Positions 18,488 through 30,846 are shown, counted from the first letter of the stretch. The stretch: DNA of 64,000 nucleotides from an uncultured delta proteobacterium (GCA_963843145.1 CAWJJC010000022.1:1-64000), one strand, 5' to 3'. The notes: generated by a model from the letters alone, not told the origin. Program-made: numbers and translations.

Positions 18488-19258
18488 ATGGCGCTCTTTG
18501 AGGTGAACGGGTTGACCCATTCCTTCGGAGGACTGCGGGCGGTCAATAATTTCAACCTGACCCTGGAAGGCGGAGAAATGGTGGGTCTCATCGGACCCAA
18601 TGGGGCCGGAAAGACCACGGTCTTCAACCTGGTTTGCGGCGTTTATCAGCCCTCCGGCGGAACGATCCGCTTAAACGGCAAGACGTTGAACGGACTCCAC
18701 CCGCACCGGATCACTGCCACCGGCGTGGCCCGCACTTTTCAAAACATCCGCCTCTGGCCCACCATGACCGTTCTGGACAACGTCTGCCTGGGCAACCATT
18801 TTCGTCTGGGCTACGGGCTCTGGGATATCCTGCTGCAAACGGTCCGCTATCGGTCGGGGGAAGCGGAAAGCACCCACTCCGCCCGGGAATTGTTGGCCCT
18901 GCTGGGTTTGGGAGACTATAGCGGAGAGATGACCAAGAACCTGCCCTACGGGCTGCAACGCAAAGTTGAAATCGCCCGGGCCCTCATGACCCGGCCGAAA
19001 GTACTTCTGCTGGATGAACCGGCGGCCGGGATGAACCTGCAGGAAAAAAGCGCCCTGGTCGATTTGATTCGCTGGCTTCGAAAGGAATTCAAGCTGACCG
19101 TCTGGCTGATCGAGCACGAAATGAAGGTGGTCATGAACCTCTGCGAGGTCATCCAGGTCCTGGATTTCGGCGAAACCATAGCCTCCGGCCCGCCGGAAGA
19201 AATCCAGCGGGACCCCCGGGTGATTGAAGCCTATCTGGGAAAAGAAGAGGCGGCGTAA
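18488..19258 (+). CDS. livG: BCAA ABC ATP-binding protein
   Basis: GPNGAGKTT, ARTFQNIRL, LPYGLQR, LLLDEPAAG, VIEAYLG; start reassigned to ATG 18488. Confidence 0.92.
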   Translation: MALFEVNGLTHSFGGLRAVNNFNLTLEGGEMVGLIGPNGAGKTTVFNLVCGVYQPSGGTIRLNGKTLNGLHPHRITATGVARTFQNIRLWPTMTVLDNVCLGNHFRLGYGLWDILLQTVRYRSGEAESTHSARELLALLGLGDYSGEMTKNLPYGLQRKVEIARALMTRPKVLLLDEPAAGMNLQEKSALVDLIRWLRKEFKLTVWLIEHEMKVVMNLCEVIQVLDFGETIASGPPEEIQRDPRVIEAYLGKEEAA

Positions 19259-19351
19259 GCTTCCCAGGTTACCAACGGTCAATCCTGGCGTCCTCTCCAC
19301 GAAGGATTTCGTTTTTCGTAGGGCTATTATTGTGTTAAACTCGAGTCCTTA

Positions 19352-20080
19352 ATGTTGCTGGAAATTGAAAACCTGAAAGTGGCTTATGGACCCATCGAGG
19401 CCCTGCAGGGGATTTCTTTGCAGGTGGAGGAGGGAGAAATCGTCACCCTCATTGGCGCCAACGGGGCCGGCAAGTCCACTACCCTGATGAGCATCATGCG
19501 CCTGCCCCCACCCGAAGCCCCGACGGTTCTCTCCGGCCGACTTCAGTTTGACGGAAAGGACCTGCTCTCGTTTTCGCCCCATCAGGTGGTCAGCCGCCTG
19601 GGCCTGGCCCTGGTCCCCGAGGGTCGCCGGATCTTCGGCAACCTGACGGTCTGGGAAAACCTGAAAATAGCCGCTTTCGGGATCAAAGAGTCGCGAAAAA
19701 TTCAGCAGAAGGCCCAGCGGGCTTTCGAGTTATTTCCCCGCCTGGAGGAACGCCAGAACCAGATGGCCGACACCCTGAGCGGCGGGGAACAGCAGATGTT
19801 GGCCGTGGCCCGGGCCTTGATGACCGGGGGCAAAATGCTGCTTCTGGATGAACCCTCCATGGGGCTGGCCCCTCTGCTCATGTACGACCTCTTCCAGGTC
19901 CTCAAGGAGATCAACCGCCAGGGGACCACCATCCTTCTGGTGGAACAGAACGCCCGCATCGCCCTCAAATACTCCCACCGGGGCTATGTCCTGGAGGCGG
20001 GGCGGATCGTCCTTTCCGGCCCGGCTCCGGAACTGGCTAAAAACGAAGATGTAAAAAAGGCCTATCTGGGGGAAGCATAA
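19352..20080 (+). CDS. livF: BCAA ABC ATP-binding protein
   Basis: GANGAGKST, VPEGRRIF, LSGGEQQMLA, DEPSMGLAP, VEQNA. Confidence 0.92.
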   Translation: MLLEIENLKVAYGPIEALQGISLQVEEGEIVTLIGANGAGKSTTLMSIMRLPPPEAPTVLSGRLQFDGKDLLSFSPHQVVSRLGLALVPEGRRIFGNLTVWENLKIAAFGIKESRKIQQKAQRAFELFPRLEERQNQMADTLSGGEQQMLAVARALMTGGKMLLLDEPSMGLAPLLMYDLFQVLKEINRQGTTILLVEQNARIALKYSHRGYVLEAGRIVLSGPAPELAKNEDVKKAYLGEA

Positions 20081-20092
20081 AGGTCATCAAAT

Positions 20093-20249
20093 TGATGGGC
20101 TCGCCAGAAGTCCGTCAACAGACCGAAGGCGAATAAGCCTCGGTCTGGGGTAGGGGTGGCACCATTTGAATTCACTTCAAATGGCGGGGGAGGGAGAGCC
20201 CTCCCCCGCCGAGCAGAAAGTCGTTTTTGGACTTTTTGCGAGGTCATCA
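20093..20249. mobile_element. MITE-like element with terminal inverted repeats and three internal hairpins
   Basis: TGATGGGCTCGCCAGAAGTCC ... GGACTTTTTGCGAGGTCATCA; internal stems CAGACCGA/TCGGTCTG, CCATTTGAA/TTCAAATGG, GGCGGGGGAGGG/CCCTCCCCCGCC. Confidence 0.7.
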
Positions 20250-20252
20250 TAA

Positions 20253-20901
20253 ATGTCCCTTAAGGTCAATGAAATTTTCTACAGCCTGCAGGGAGAATCT
20301 TCCTATGCCGGCCGCCCTTGCGTCTTCATCCGCTTAACCGGCTGCAACCTGCGTTGTTCCTACTGCGACACCCGGTATGCCTATGAAGAAGGAACGGAGA
20401 TGGAATTTGATTTGATTCTGGATCAAGTCTCCTCCTACCGCTGCCCGCTGGTCGAAATAACGGGAGGGGAACCTTTAATCCAGGCGGAAACGCCGGCACT
20501 TATCCTGCGGCTGCTGGAAAGAAGCTTTACGGTCCTGCTGGAAACCAATGGGAGTCAAAACATTCAAGGGGTGGACGACCGGTGCATTAAAGTAGTGGAT
20601 ATGAAGTGCCCCTCCAGCGGGATGGAAGCCCAAAACGATTTGGAAAACCTTAGGAGACTCGGTTCAACCGATGAACTTAAGTTTGTCATCGGAAACCGGA
20701 TTGATTTCGAGTATGCCCGGGGAATTTTAGATGATTACCAGCCATACTTTCCGGATAAAATTCCGGTCCATTTTTCACCGGTGTTTGGGAAGTTGGAACC
20801 CAGAACTTCTGGCTCAATGGATTTTAGAAGAACACCTGGAGGTCCGGTTGCAGTTGCCGTTGCACAAAATCCTCTGGGATCCGAATCAAAGGGGCGTATG
20901 A
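20253..20901 (+). CDS. queE: 7-carboxy-7-deazaguanine synthase (radical SAM), apparent frameshift near 20800-20806
   Basis: [30 protein letters not shown]; the normal C-terminus [31 protein letters not shown] lies in the +1 frame. Confidence 0.85.
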
Positions 20902-21590
20902 ACAAAGAGAAAAAAGCGGTCGTGCTTTCCAGCGGGGGCCTGGATTCCACCACGGTCATGGCCCTGGCTCGCTCGGAAGGATTTACCCTTTACAGCCTTA
21001 GTTTTCGGTACGGCCAACGGCATGCCTTGGAGCTGGAGGCCGCCCAACGGGTGGCCCGAGCCCTGGGGGCCAAAGAGCATCTGGTGATCCCTATTGATTT
21101 AGGAAAAATCGGGGGATCCGCTCTGACGGAAAATATGGATGTCCCCAAGGGCCGGGAAGAATCGGCGATGACTCAGGAAATCCCGGTGACCTACGTTCCG
21201 GCCCGCAATACCATTTTTCTCTCCCTGGCCCTGGGCTGGGCCGAAGTGCTGGGGGCGGCGGATATCTTTATCGGGGTGAACGCCCTCGATTACAGCGGAT
21301 ATCCAGACTGTCGTCCCGAATATATCGCGGCCTTCGAACGACTGGCCAATCTGGCCACCAAGGCTGGGGTGGAAGGAAAAATAAAATTCCGGATTCAGAC
21401 GCCTTTAATCCGGCTCACCAAGGCGGAAATTATTCGAAAAGGGTTGGCCCTGGGAGTGGACTATGGCCTGACGCACAGTTGCTACGACCCGGCACCCGAC
21501 GGCCGGGCCTGTGGTCAGTGCGACAGTTGCCTTCTCCGGAAAAAGGGCTTCCGCGAGGTTGGCCTGCCTGATCCTGTTTCTTATTTATAA
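20898..21590 (+). CDS. queC: 7-cyano-7-deazaguanine synthase
   Basis: [30 protein letters not shown]...CGQCDSC; own ATG overlaps the restored queE stop. Confidence 0.93.
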   Translation: MNKEKKAVVLSSGGLDSTTVMALARSEGFTLYSLSFRYGQRHALELEAAQRVARALGAKEHLVIPIDLGKIGGSALTENMDVPKGREESAMTQEIPVTYVPARNTIFLSLALGWAEVLGAADIFIGVNALDYSGYPDCRPEYIAAFERLANLATKAGVEGKIKFRIQTPLIRLTKAEIIRKGLALGVDYGLTHSCYDPAPDGRACGQCDSCLLRKKGFREVGLPDPVSYL

Positions 21591-21703
21591 GAAGTATTCG
21601 ACCGGCGCTTCAAATAGACATTTTATATTGGGGGGTTCTTTGGAGGAAAAAATCCTGATTAGCGGAGCGGGATCCTGGCCGGCCAGATCAAAAGGAAGGT
21701 GCT

Positions 21704-21997
21704 GTGTTGGAAACTAAACGGCTTTTTGACCCGGGCGACGGAGTGAGGAATTTCCAGGGGCAGTGTGGTCTGGTGCTTTCTCCTACGGAGTACCAGGCCG
21801 TTAAATCCCGGTACCCGGAGGGGAGGCGGCCGGGTTCATTTTTCGCGCCCGGCTGTTGCCCTTCGCTTGATTACCTCACCCAGGTGCCGGTATTGTTTGA
21901 AGATGGAACCTATGATGTCATGAAGGCCATGAACCTTCGGAAGGACCAGGACTTATCCGGAGAGAAAAAGAAGCAACTTCAAGAAATGCTGGCTTAG
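21704..21997 (+). CDS. Small hypothetical protein
   Basis: Intact ORF with RBS-like AGGAAGG; FFAPGCC...QVPVLFEDGTYDVM looks like a conserved motif. Confidence 0.55.
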   Translation: MLETKRLFDPGDGVRNFQGQCGLVLSPTEYQAVKSRYPEGRRPGSFFAPGCCPSLDYLTQVPVLFEDGTYDVMKAMNLRKDQDLSGEKKKQLQEMLA

Positions 21998-22207
21998 TGT
22001 CTCCGGGTTCCGCCAGGTCCTATTTCGGACCGTGAAAGGGAATGACGGGTGGCGAGGTCTTCGGGTCCGGGGTGTATTTCCTGACCTGGATCTATTCCCC
22101 CTTGGCCTGGAGCTGGCCACTAGGCAGGTACCAGAAGAATTCCAGTCTATCCGGCTGCATCTGAATCAGGCGAATGGTCCCCTGATCGATGCAATCCTTT
22201 CCATATT

Positions 22208-22585
22208 CTATATTTTCCCGCTGCCGATCAACGGAAGTTCTTGAACGACCTGGAAATAAACCAGAAATTTTGGCTCCAGGTCATCATCGGCGTATTGGCG
22301 GCGCTTAAGCGCCTTGATCTTCTCCGGATCCTGCTCTTCCCGCACCTTGGTCATAAAAAGACGTTTACCCTGGTAACCGGGAACGTTTTCTATGAAAAGG
22401 TAGGTGGCCTGGGGATTGGATTGAAGATTGTGATGGGTCAATCGGTCCCGCATGATGAAGGCCAGGGTACCGTCTTCCATAACGTGGGGCCGGGAATATA
22501 CGGCCGCATCCACTTTGCCTTGGGCATCGGCCGTGGCCAAAATGCCGGTCCCCTGGTTCTTCTCAAAATACGCTTTCCGTTCCAT
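22208..22585 (-). CDS. Pyridoxamine 5'-phosphate oxidase-like FMN-binding protein
   Basis: GILATADAQGKVDAAVYSRPHV, RLTHHNLQSNP; start at ATG 22585 with AGGAGG. Confidence 0.8.
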   Translation of the reverse strand: MERKAYFEKNQGTGILATADAQGKVDAAVYSRPHVMEDGTLAFIMRDRLTHHNLQSNPQATYLFIENVPGYQGKRLFMTKVREEQDPEKIKALKRRQYADDDLEPKFLVYFQVVQELPLIGSGKI

Positions 22586-22776
22586 AATGATCCTCCTGGT
22601 CAACTCACATATAGATCGAAGATAATATATTAATTTAATCATTGTCCTCCTCAACCGCAAGTGCTCCTAATTTATCCATTGGTCCTTGCCAGACCGACCA
22701 TTATTCAGTATACTTCATGATTGGAAACCAACGCGGAAACCCGACTTTTCCATTCTGCCTAAAGGAAAATACCATC

Positions 22777-23283
22777 ATGGAAGGGAAAAAAATTAAAGAC
22801 AGCCTGGTCACCCTGGCCCAAGTGATGATCCCCGAAGACGCCAATCCGGCCGGCAACGTGCACGGGGGGGTGATCATGAAGTTAATCGATACCACTGCCG
22901 GCGTAGTGGCCGTCCGCCACGCCCGCTGCAATGCGGTGACCGCGTCCCTCGACCGGCTGGATTTTCACAACCCGGTCTTTGTCGGCAACCTGGTCTTTTT
23001 CAAGGGCAGCCTGAACATGGTGGGAAAAACCTCCATGGAAGTCGGGGTGCGGGTGGAAGCCGAAGATGTCCTTACCGGCGAGTTGCGCCATACCGCTTCC
23101 GCCTACCTGACCTTCGTGGCCTTGGATACCCGGGGGAAGCCCCACCCGGTCCCTCCTCTTCTCTTTGAAACCGAGGAAGAGATCCGTCGCAACCGGGAAG
23201 CCCAGGTGCGCCGGGAGATCCGCTTGGCGGAAAAAAAACGCGAAGCCGCCTGCCAGCAGGATGGTCAAAGCTGCCCTCTTTAG
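22777..23283 (+). CDS. Acyl-CoA thioesterase (hotdog, YciA-like)
   Basis: DANPAGNVHGG, VTASLD, GKTSMEVGV, LTFVALD. Confidence 0.9.
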   Translation: MEGKKIKDSLVTLAQVMIPEDANPAGNVHGGVIMKLIDTTAGVVAVRHARCNAVTASLDRLDFHNPVFVGNLVFFKGSLNMVGKTSMEVGVRVEAEDVLTGELRHTASAYLTFVALDTRGKPHPVPPLLFETEEEIRRNREAQVRREIRLAEKKREAACQQDGQSCPL

Positions 23284-23344
23284 CCCCCCCCTAAAATCCT
23301 TTCAAGAACGGCGTCACTTCTGTTTTAGACCGTCCCTTTAAAGC

Positions 23345-23375
23345 AAAAAAAGGCAGGTCCGGAGACCTGCCTTTT
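23345..23375. terminator. Bidirectional rho-independent terminator
   Basis: A7-GGCAGGTC-cgga-GACCTGCC-T4 between convergent genes. Confidence 0.85.
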
Positions 23376-23406
23376 CAATTCAAAGGGGGCTGGGAGAAAA
23401 GGTAGA

Positions 23407-23817
23407 TTAATGACCTCGTTCCGCCACCTTGAGGCGCAGCAGGGCGCGGCGCAGGGCCAACTCCGCCCGGAGATGATCGATGGCTTCGGACTTGGCCAGG
23501 GCCAAACGTTTTTCGGCCCGCTCTTTGGCCCGCTTGGCCCGATCCAGATCGATCTCCCGGGCCCTTTCGGCCGCTTCGGCCAGGACGGTCACCTTGTTCT
23601 GGGAGACTTCTACAAACCCTCCGGTGACCACCATATAGTCCGCTTGGTTGTCCTTCCGGTAGCGAAGCTCGCCCGGCAACAAGGGCGTCAGAAAAGGGAC
23701 ATGGTTGGGCAGGATGCCGAACTCACCCAAACTACCTATGGCCATGACAATATCCACCGTCTCGCTAAGTACCAAGCGATCGGGGGTCACAACCTCTAAT
23801 TGGAGTTTTTCAGCCAT
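23407..23817 (-). CDS. atpC: ATP synthase epsilon
   Basis: LEVVTPDR, GEFGILPNH, GGFVEV. Confidence 0.95.
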   Translation of the reverse strand: MAEKLQLEVVTPDRLVLSETVDIVMAIGSLGEFGILPNHVPFLTPLLPGELRYRKDNQADYMVVTGGFVEVSQNKVTVLAEAAERAREIDLDRAKRAKERAEKRLALAKSEAIDHLRAELALRRALLRLKVAERGH

Positions 23818-23841
23818 AATTGCTATCCGCCTCTTTTGTTG

Positions 23842-25290
<1,449 letters not shown>

Positions 25291-25316
25291 TTAAGAGTAT
25301 ACCGATTCGGTTATTA

Positions 25317-26183
25317 TTACTTGAGGGCCTCGGCGCCGCCCACGATGTCCATCAATTCTTTGGTAATGGCGCTCTGCCGGGCCTTGTTATACACTAAGGT
25401 CAGGCTGTTGATCAGATCCTTGCAGTTTCGGCTGGCGTTGTCCATGGCCGCCATTCGGGCCGCCTGCTCGCTGGCGGAATTTTCCAGCATCCCCCGGTAG
25501 ATCTGGACGTTCACATAACGGGGAAGCAATTCCTGAAAAATGGCCTCGGGGGACGGTTCAAAAAGATAATCCGGACCGCCGGTCTGGGTCCCTTCAGCCG
25601 CCGGGGGGGTGATGGGCAACAGTTTCTGAAGCCTGGGCCGCTGAATCGCCAGACTGATGAATTCACCGTACAACAAATAGACTTCGTCGGCCTGGCCCAG
25701 CAAAAAATTTTCCATGGCCTCCTGGCCGATACTGGCGGCTACGGTCATATCGAAGGAACTGAACAGATCCGTATAGGCATTGCGGACGCTCGCTTTTCGA
25801 CGGCGAAAATAATCGGATCCTTTTTTGCCGACCGTAACCAGGGAAACCTCTACCTGTTCCCGGACTTTGGCTTTCCAGAATTTTTCCGCCTGGTTGATCA
25901 GATTGACGTTGAAGCTGCCGCAGAGACCGCGGTCCGCGGTCAGACTGATCAGTTCCACTTTCTTAACCGGGCGCTGGGCCATCAGAGGGAAGGACTCCGG
26001 ATCGATCCGTGAAGACAGGTTATTGATCACTTCCAGGAACTTGGAGGCGTAGGGGCGGAAATTTTCCATACGCATCTGGGCGCCGCGCAGTTTGGACGCG
26101 GCGACCATGTTCATGGCCTTGGTGATCTGCTGGGTCTTTTTGACGGCCCCAATTTTGCTTCTTATATCACGAAGGGTAGCCAT
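25317..26183 (-). CDS. atpG: ATP synthase gamma
   Basis: QITKAMNMVAASK, DRGLCGSFN, NKARQSAITKEL. Confidence 0.97.
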   Translation of the reverse strand: MATLRDIRSKIGAVKKTQQITKAMNMVAASKLRGAQMRMENFRPYASKFLEVINNLSSRIDPESFPLMAQRPVKKVELISLTADRGLCGSFNVNLINQAEKFWKAKVREQVEVSLVTVGKKGSDYFRRRKASVRNAYTDLFSSFDMTVAASIGQEAMENFLLGQADEVYLLYGEFISLAIQRPRLQKLLPITPPAAEGTQTGGPDYLFEPSPEAIFQELLPRYVNVQIYRGMLENSASEQAARMAAMDNASRNCKDLINSLTLVYNKARQSAITKELMDIVGGAEALK

Positions 26184-26198
26184 AGTGGACTCTCTTTT

Positions 26199-26274
26199 GT
26201 TAGCTATTAGCGGTTAGCCCTCGGCGGTCAGCTTTTCTGATCGTGACCCGGGCTGCCGGCCGACACCTGAACGC
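26199..26274. repeat. Degenerate 7-bp periodic intergenic repeat
   Basis: GTTAGCT ATTAGCG GTTAGCC CTCGGCG GTCAGCT followed by loosely complementary units. Confidence 0.4.
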
Positions 26275-26281
26275 GGACGGC

Positions 26282-27799
26282 CTATTTCAATTGGGCCTGA
26301 AACTGAGTTTTGACCTCGCCCAGGGCCTTTTTCATTTTTTCTTCCAGATCGGGACTGATCGCCTTCTTTTCCTTGATCTCGGAAAAGATTTCCGGATACT
26401 TGCCCTCGATGAAAGACAGCAATTGGGGTTCGAAATCCTTCAGCACGTCAACGGCCAGGTCATCAAAGAAACCCCGGGTCCCGGCAAAAAGGACTGTGAT
26501 CATTTTTTCCATGGGAATGGGCTGATACTGGGGTTGTTTGAGAATTTCGACCAGACGGGCCCCGCGGTTAAGCTGGGCCTGAGTGGACTTGTCCAACTCA
26601 CTGCCGAACTGAGCAAAGGCGGCCAGTTCCCGGTACTGGGCCAGATCCAGCCGTAAACTGCCGGCTACCTGTTTCATGGCCTTAACCTGCGCGCTGCCGC
26701 CCACCCGGGAGACGGAGAGACCCACGTTGATGGCCGGACGAACCCCGGAGAAGAACAGACTGGGTTCCAGGTAGACCTGACCGTCGGTAATGGAAATCAC
26801 GTTGGTGGGGATGTAGGCCGAGACGTCGCCGGCCTGGGTTTCAATAATTGGCAGGGCCGTTAAACTCCCGCCGCCTAAATCCTCGCGCATTTTGGCGGCC
26901 CGTTCGAGTAGACGGGAATGGTTATAAAAGATATCGCCGGGGAAAGCCTCGCGTCCGGGCGGGCGGCGGAGCAACAGGGACATCTGCCGGTAGGCCACGG
27001 CCTGCTTGGAAAGGTCGTCGTAAATAACCAGGGCATGACGTCCGCCATCCCGGAAGTATTCCCCCATGGTGCAGCCGGCAAAAGCGGCGATATACTGCAT
27101 GGGGGCCGGGTCGCTGGCGCAGGCCGCCACTACCACGGTCTTATCCAACACACCGTGACGGCGGAACGCTTCCACTACCTGGGCCACAGTGGATTTCTTC
27201 TGCCCGATGGCCACGTATATACAAAATATGTCCGAATCCTTCTGGTTGATGATGGCATCCACGCAGAGCGCGGTTTTCCCGATCTGGCGGTCGCCGATGA
27301 TCAGCTCCCGTTGTCCCCGGCCGATGGGGGTCATGGCGTCAATGGCCTTGTAGCCCGTATACATGGGCTCCTTCACCGGCTGCCGTTCAATAACCCCGGG
27401 GGCCTTTAATTCGATTTTTCGGAATTCCTTGGCATTGATCGGGCCTTTCCCGTCGATCGGTTCTCCCACGGCATCAATGACCCGTCCCAGGACGGCCTCG
27501 CCGACCGGTACTTCCGCGATACGACCGGTCCGCTTGACCGTATCGCCTTCTTTGATGTGGAAATCCTCGCCCAGGACGGCACAGCCCACATTGTCTTCCT
27601 CCAGGTTAAGGGCCACACCGTAGATACCTCCTGGAAATTCGAGCAATTCCATGGCCATGGTCTTTTCTACGCCATAAACCCGGGCGATGCCATCCCCCAC
27701 GGAGAGGACGGTTCCCGTCTCGCTCAGTTCCACCTTCTTGTCAAAATCCTTGATCTGTTGCCTAATAATCTGACTGATTTCTTCGGCTCTGATATCCAT
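26282..27799 (-). CDS. atpA: ATP synthase alpha
   Basis: [27 protein letters not shown]. Confidence 0.98.
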   Translation of the reverse strand: MDIRAEEISQIIRQQIKDFDKKVELSETGTVLSVGDGIARVYGVEKTMAMELLEFPGGIYGVALNLEEDNVGCAVLGEDFHIKEGDTVKRTGRIAEVPVGEAVLGRVIDAVGEPIDGKGPINAKEFRKIELKAPGVIERQPVKEPMYTGYKAIDAMTPIGRGQRELIIGDRQIGKTALCVDAIINQKDSDIFCIYVAIGQKKSTVAQVVEAFRRHGVLDKTVVVAACASDPAPMQYIAAFAGCTMGEYFRDGGRHALVIYDDLSKQAVAYRQMSLLLRRPPGREAFPGDIFYNHSRLLERAAKMREDLGGGSLTALPIIETQAGDVSAYIPTNVISITDGQVYLEPSLFFSGVRPAINVGLSVSRVGGSAQVKAMKQVAGSLRLDLAQYRELAAFAQFGSELDKSTQAQLNRGARLVEILKQPQYQPIPMEKMITVLFAGTRGFFDDLAVDVLKDFEPQLLSFIEGKYPEIFSEIKEKKAISPDLEEKMKKALGEVKTQFQAQLK

Positions 27800-27800
27800 A

Positions 27801-28352
27801 TTAGATCCCCTCACCCCTTCTTAAGGATTCTTTTAAGCTCTTGAGTTGTGTCTGCAGGCTCCCGTCAAAAAGCAGGTCCCCCACCTGAGCGACGATACCC
27901 CCGATGATCTCCGGGTCCTGTTTGACGGTTACCAATACCTCTTTTTTGACGACCTGTTTCAAGGCCTCCTGAATGCGGCTGATAATATCTTCGGAAAGCT
28001 TGGTGGCGGCGGTCACCACGGCCCGGGTGACATTGGATAGTTCATCGGTGAGCTGCTGGTAGTACTTGCAGATCCCTTCCAGGTATCCAAGGCGGCCTTT
28101 GCTCTGCAGTAATTGCAGAAAGCTCTTGGTGGTTGGTGAAAAATCGGTTTTCTCCAGGATCAATTTGAGTAGTGTGGTCCGGCTGGTGGACTCATAGATA
28201 GGGCTGGCCAGAATTTCTTTTACCTGGTTTTCCTGTTGCAGTAAATTGCGAAAGGCCTCCAATTCCTGCCCATAACGGAGATAATTTCCGTCTTCCTGGC
28301 CTAAAAAAAGGAGGGCCTTGGCGTAGCGTCTGGAAATAGTGAAGTCTCTCAA
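27801..28352 (-). CDS. atpH: ATP synthase delta
   Basis: [23 protein letters not shown]. Confidence 0.93.
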   Translation of the reverse strand: MRDFTISRRYAKALLFLGQEDGNYLRYGQELEAFRNLLQQENQVKEILASPIYESTSRTTLLKLILEKTDFSPTTKSFLQLLQSKGRLGYLEGICKYYQQLTDELSNVTRAVVTAATKLSEDIISRIQEALKQVVKKEVLVTVKQDPEIIGGIVAQVGDLLFDGSLQTQLKSLKESLRRGEGI

Positions 28353-28987
28353 TGGGTCACCACCTTTGCTAAGTATTCGCCGATCAAGATTTTTTGGTCG
28401 TTATCGGTGATATTTTTACGGAGAATGTCTTCGGCCATTTTGACGGACAGTCCCGCCACCTCTTCCCGCAGCGCCTGGTTGGACTTCTGGATTTCCTGCT
28501 GGATGGTCAACTGGGCCTGCTCCACGATCCGCGAGGCCGTTTTTTCGGCGCTCTCAATGATCTTGGCCTTTTCTCGTTCCCCTTCTTTTTTGAATTCTTT
28601 GACGATGGCCTCCCGCTCTTCTTTCAAGGCCCCCAGACGGGTTTCAAAGTTCTGGAGTTCCCGCTTGGCATCCGCTTTTTTCTGTTCCAGTTCATCCAAT
28701 TCCTTCTGGATGTTTTCCCGACGGCCGGCCAGACCTTGTTTCAGCGGCTTGCGCACCAGGACAACCAAGACCACAATAAAGATAATGAAGTTGACGCTGC
28801 GCCAAAACAAACCCCACAGCCTTTCCGCGGATTCTCCCCCGCCGGCCGCCTCTCCACCATGCCCGCCGGAGGCGGCATAGACCAGGCTGAAGTTTAGAAG
28901 AAGGAATAATAACAGGGGTAATAGTAAAAGGAGGTGTTGGCTAAGACGGCGCTGCGTATTACGTTTACTAATCATCCGAACGGCCAT
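28349..28987 (-). CDS. atpF: ATP synthase F0 subunit b
   Basis: TM segment WRSVNFIIF followed by coiled coil; start reassigned to ATG 28987. Confidence 0.88.
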   Translation of the reverse strand: MAVRMISKRNTQRRLSQHLLLLLPLLLFLLLNFSLVYAASGGHGGEAAGGGESAERLWGLFWRSVNFIIFIVVLVVLVRKPLKQGLAGRRENIQKELDELEQKKADAKRELQNFETRLGALKEEREAIVKEFKKEGEREKAKIIESAEKTASRIVEQAQLTIQQEIQKSNQALREEVAGLSVKMAEDILRKNITDNDQKILIGEYLAKVVTH

Positions 28988-29412
28988 TAAATGGTCCTCC
29001 CTAAGATTTTCTGGGCGATTTCCTGGGAAAAGGCGGCCATGTCCCCCGTCAGGCTTTTCCGGGCAGCCTCCAGTTGTTGGGCTATCTTTGAGCGGGCCTG
29101 GGTCAGCTCGCCTTCCACTTTCAGGTTGGCTGCCTGCACCAGCTTCTTTTCCTCCTCCTGGGCATCCAGTTTGAGCAGGTTCTTTTGCTCCATACCGGCC
29201 TTTCGGGCCTGTTGGATCTGTTCCTGAACCTCTTTTTCCTTGTGGCGCAGATTTTCTTGAGCGGCGTTGCATTCGGAGGCCAATAAACTCATTTTTTCAG
29301 AACGCTGTTTAAGAATGGTCCGGATCGGTTTGTAAAGGAGGATGTTTAAGATCCACACTAAAAGAAGAATATTGATGAATTGAATAAAAAGCGATAGGTT
29401 AATGTCAATCAT
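28987..29412 (-). CDS. ATP synthase F0 subunit b'
   Basis: MIDINLSLFIQFIN..LNILLYKPI, C-terminal KILGR. Confidence 0.88.
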   Translation of the reverse strand: MIDINLSLFIQFINILLLVWILNILLYKPIRTILKQRSEKMSLLASECNAAQENLRHKEKEVQEQIQQARKAGMEQKNLLKLDAQEEEKKLVQAANLKVEGELTQARSKIAQQLEAARKSLTGDMAAFSQEIAQKILGRTI

Positions 29413-29638
29413 CCGGATAACCCTTTCATTTTGTTGTGGATAAGAAAATGCGCCGCGCCAGGGCGGTGAAAATGATTTTTTTCACACAGCGCAAACGGAT
29501 GAACTATTATCGTATTTTTAGGTATATGTCAAAGGTTTTTTTACAAAAACCGACTTTAATTTGGTAACATTATCTAGAATTGAAATCTTTTTCAGGCACA
29601 ACATCTGGTATCCTCTCTGCCCATAACCCTCCTGATGA

Positions 29639-30745
29639 TTAAGATTGGATAATAAACCGACGCATATGAATGTTTAATAGCAGACCAATCCCGATCAGAC
29701 TGGCCAGAATGGAAGACCCGCCGTAACTGATGAAGGGCAGCGGGACCCCCACCACGGGAACAAGCCCCACCACCATCCCGATATTAATCACTCCCTGCCA
29801 GAAAAGAATAGCCGTCACCCCCAGGGCCAGTATCTGGCCGAATCGGTCCTTGGCCTGGCGGGCGGTGTTTAGAGACCAGAGCAGCAAAACCAGATACAAG
29901 GTGAGCACGAAAAACGCCCCGATAAATCCCCACTCTTCGGCCAAAACGGAAAAGGCAAAATCCGTATGCTGCTCGGGCAGGAAGCGCAGTTGCCCCTGAG
30001 TTCCTTTCATAAAGCCCTTCCCCAGGAAGGCCCCTGACCCTACGGCAATCTTGGATTGCAGGATGTGATACCCGGCTCCCAGGGGATCCGCTTCAGGTTG
30101 GATAAATATCAGAATTCGTTTCTTTTGATAATCTTTCAAGAAGTACCAGAGAAAAGGAAAGGCTACCAATATCCCCCCCAGGGAGGTCAACAGGAGCTTC
30201 CATTCCACTCCCAGGAAGAGGATGATTGAAAAGGCCGCCAGCAGCAGCAACAGCGCTGTTCCCAAATCCGGCTGCTTCATGATCAACAGGGTCGGAAACA
30301 GAACCAGGGCCAGGGGTAGGTAGAGGTCCCTAAGGCCGTAGCTAACCGGTTTCTCATTTTGGGAAAAGTACTTGGCCAGGGCCAGAATCAAGGCGATCTT
30401 AACCAGTTCCGAGGGTTGGAAAGAAAAGGAGGCGATGGTGATCCAGCGCTGGGATCCGGAAATGCTTCGACCGAATAACAGGACCCCCAGCAATAAGGCC
30501 ACTGAAACCCCATAAAGCGGGTAGGCCAGAGAGAGCAATAGGTGGTAGTCAAAAACCACCACCACGATCAGGAAAAGCAGCCCGATGGCCGCCCAATAGA
30601 TCTGTTTCATATAGATGGGGGTTTTCAGCCCCTCATCTACCTGATAAGTGGCCGAATAGATATTGAGGACCCCGATAATAATCAAAGTCAGGGCGAACAA
30701 AATCAGATACCAGTCAAAATTTTGGATTAATCGTCGGTCAATCAA
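29639..30745 (-). CDS. rodA: Rod shape-determining SEDS protein
   Basis: QPSELVK, QPDLGT, QSKIAVGSG, PEQHTDF, LPFISYGGS. Confidence 0.95.
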   Translation of the reverse strand: MIDRRLIQNFDWYLILFALTLIIIGVLNIYSATYQVDEGLKTPIYMKQIYWAAIGLLFLIVVVVFDYHLLLSLAYPLYGVSVALLLGVLLFGRSISGSQRWITIASFSFQPSELVKIALILALAKYFSQNEKPVSYGLRDLYLPLALVLFPTLLIMKQPDLGTALLLLLAAFSIILFLGVEWKLLLTSLGGILVAFPFLWYFLKDYQKKRILIFIQPEADPLGAGYHILQSKIAVGSGAFLGKGFMKGTQGQLRFLPEQHTDFAFSVLAEEWGFIGAFFVLTLYLVLLLWSLNTARQAKDRFGQILALGVTAILFWQGVINIGMVVGLVPVVGVPLPFISYGGSSILASLIGIGLLLNIHMRRFIIQS

Positions 30746-30798
30746 TGATAACCTCGCCCGGTAATTTCCAATGGTTCGACTATATCCTCCGACCGGAA

Positions 30799-30846
30799 CT
30801 TTTTAGCCCTCGGTCTGTTGACGGACTTTCCCGTAAGATCGTCAAT
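30799..30846 (-). repeat. Partial inverted copy of the 20093 MITE left end
   Basis: Reverse complement ATTGACGATCTTACGGGAAAGTCCGTCAACAGACCGAGGGC matches 20091 ATTGATGGGCTCGCCAGAAGTCCGTCAACAGACCGAAGGC. Confidence 0.7.

Noticed and set aside
22032-22244. Short ORF between convergent genes
   Set aside because: No RBS or motif; overlaps the opposite-strand gene end.
29463-29490. Rex-like operator upstream of the atp operon
   Set aside because: Only one half-site fits at the canonical spacing.
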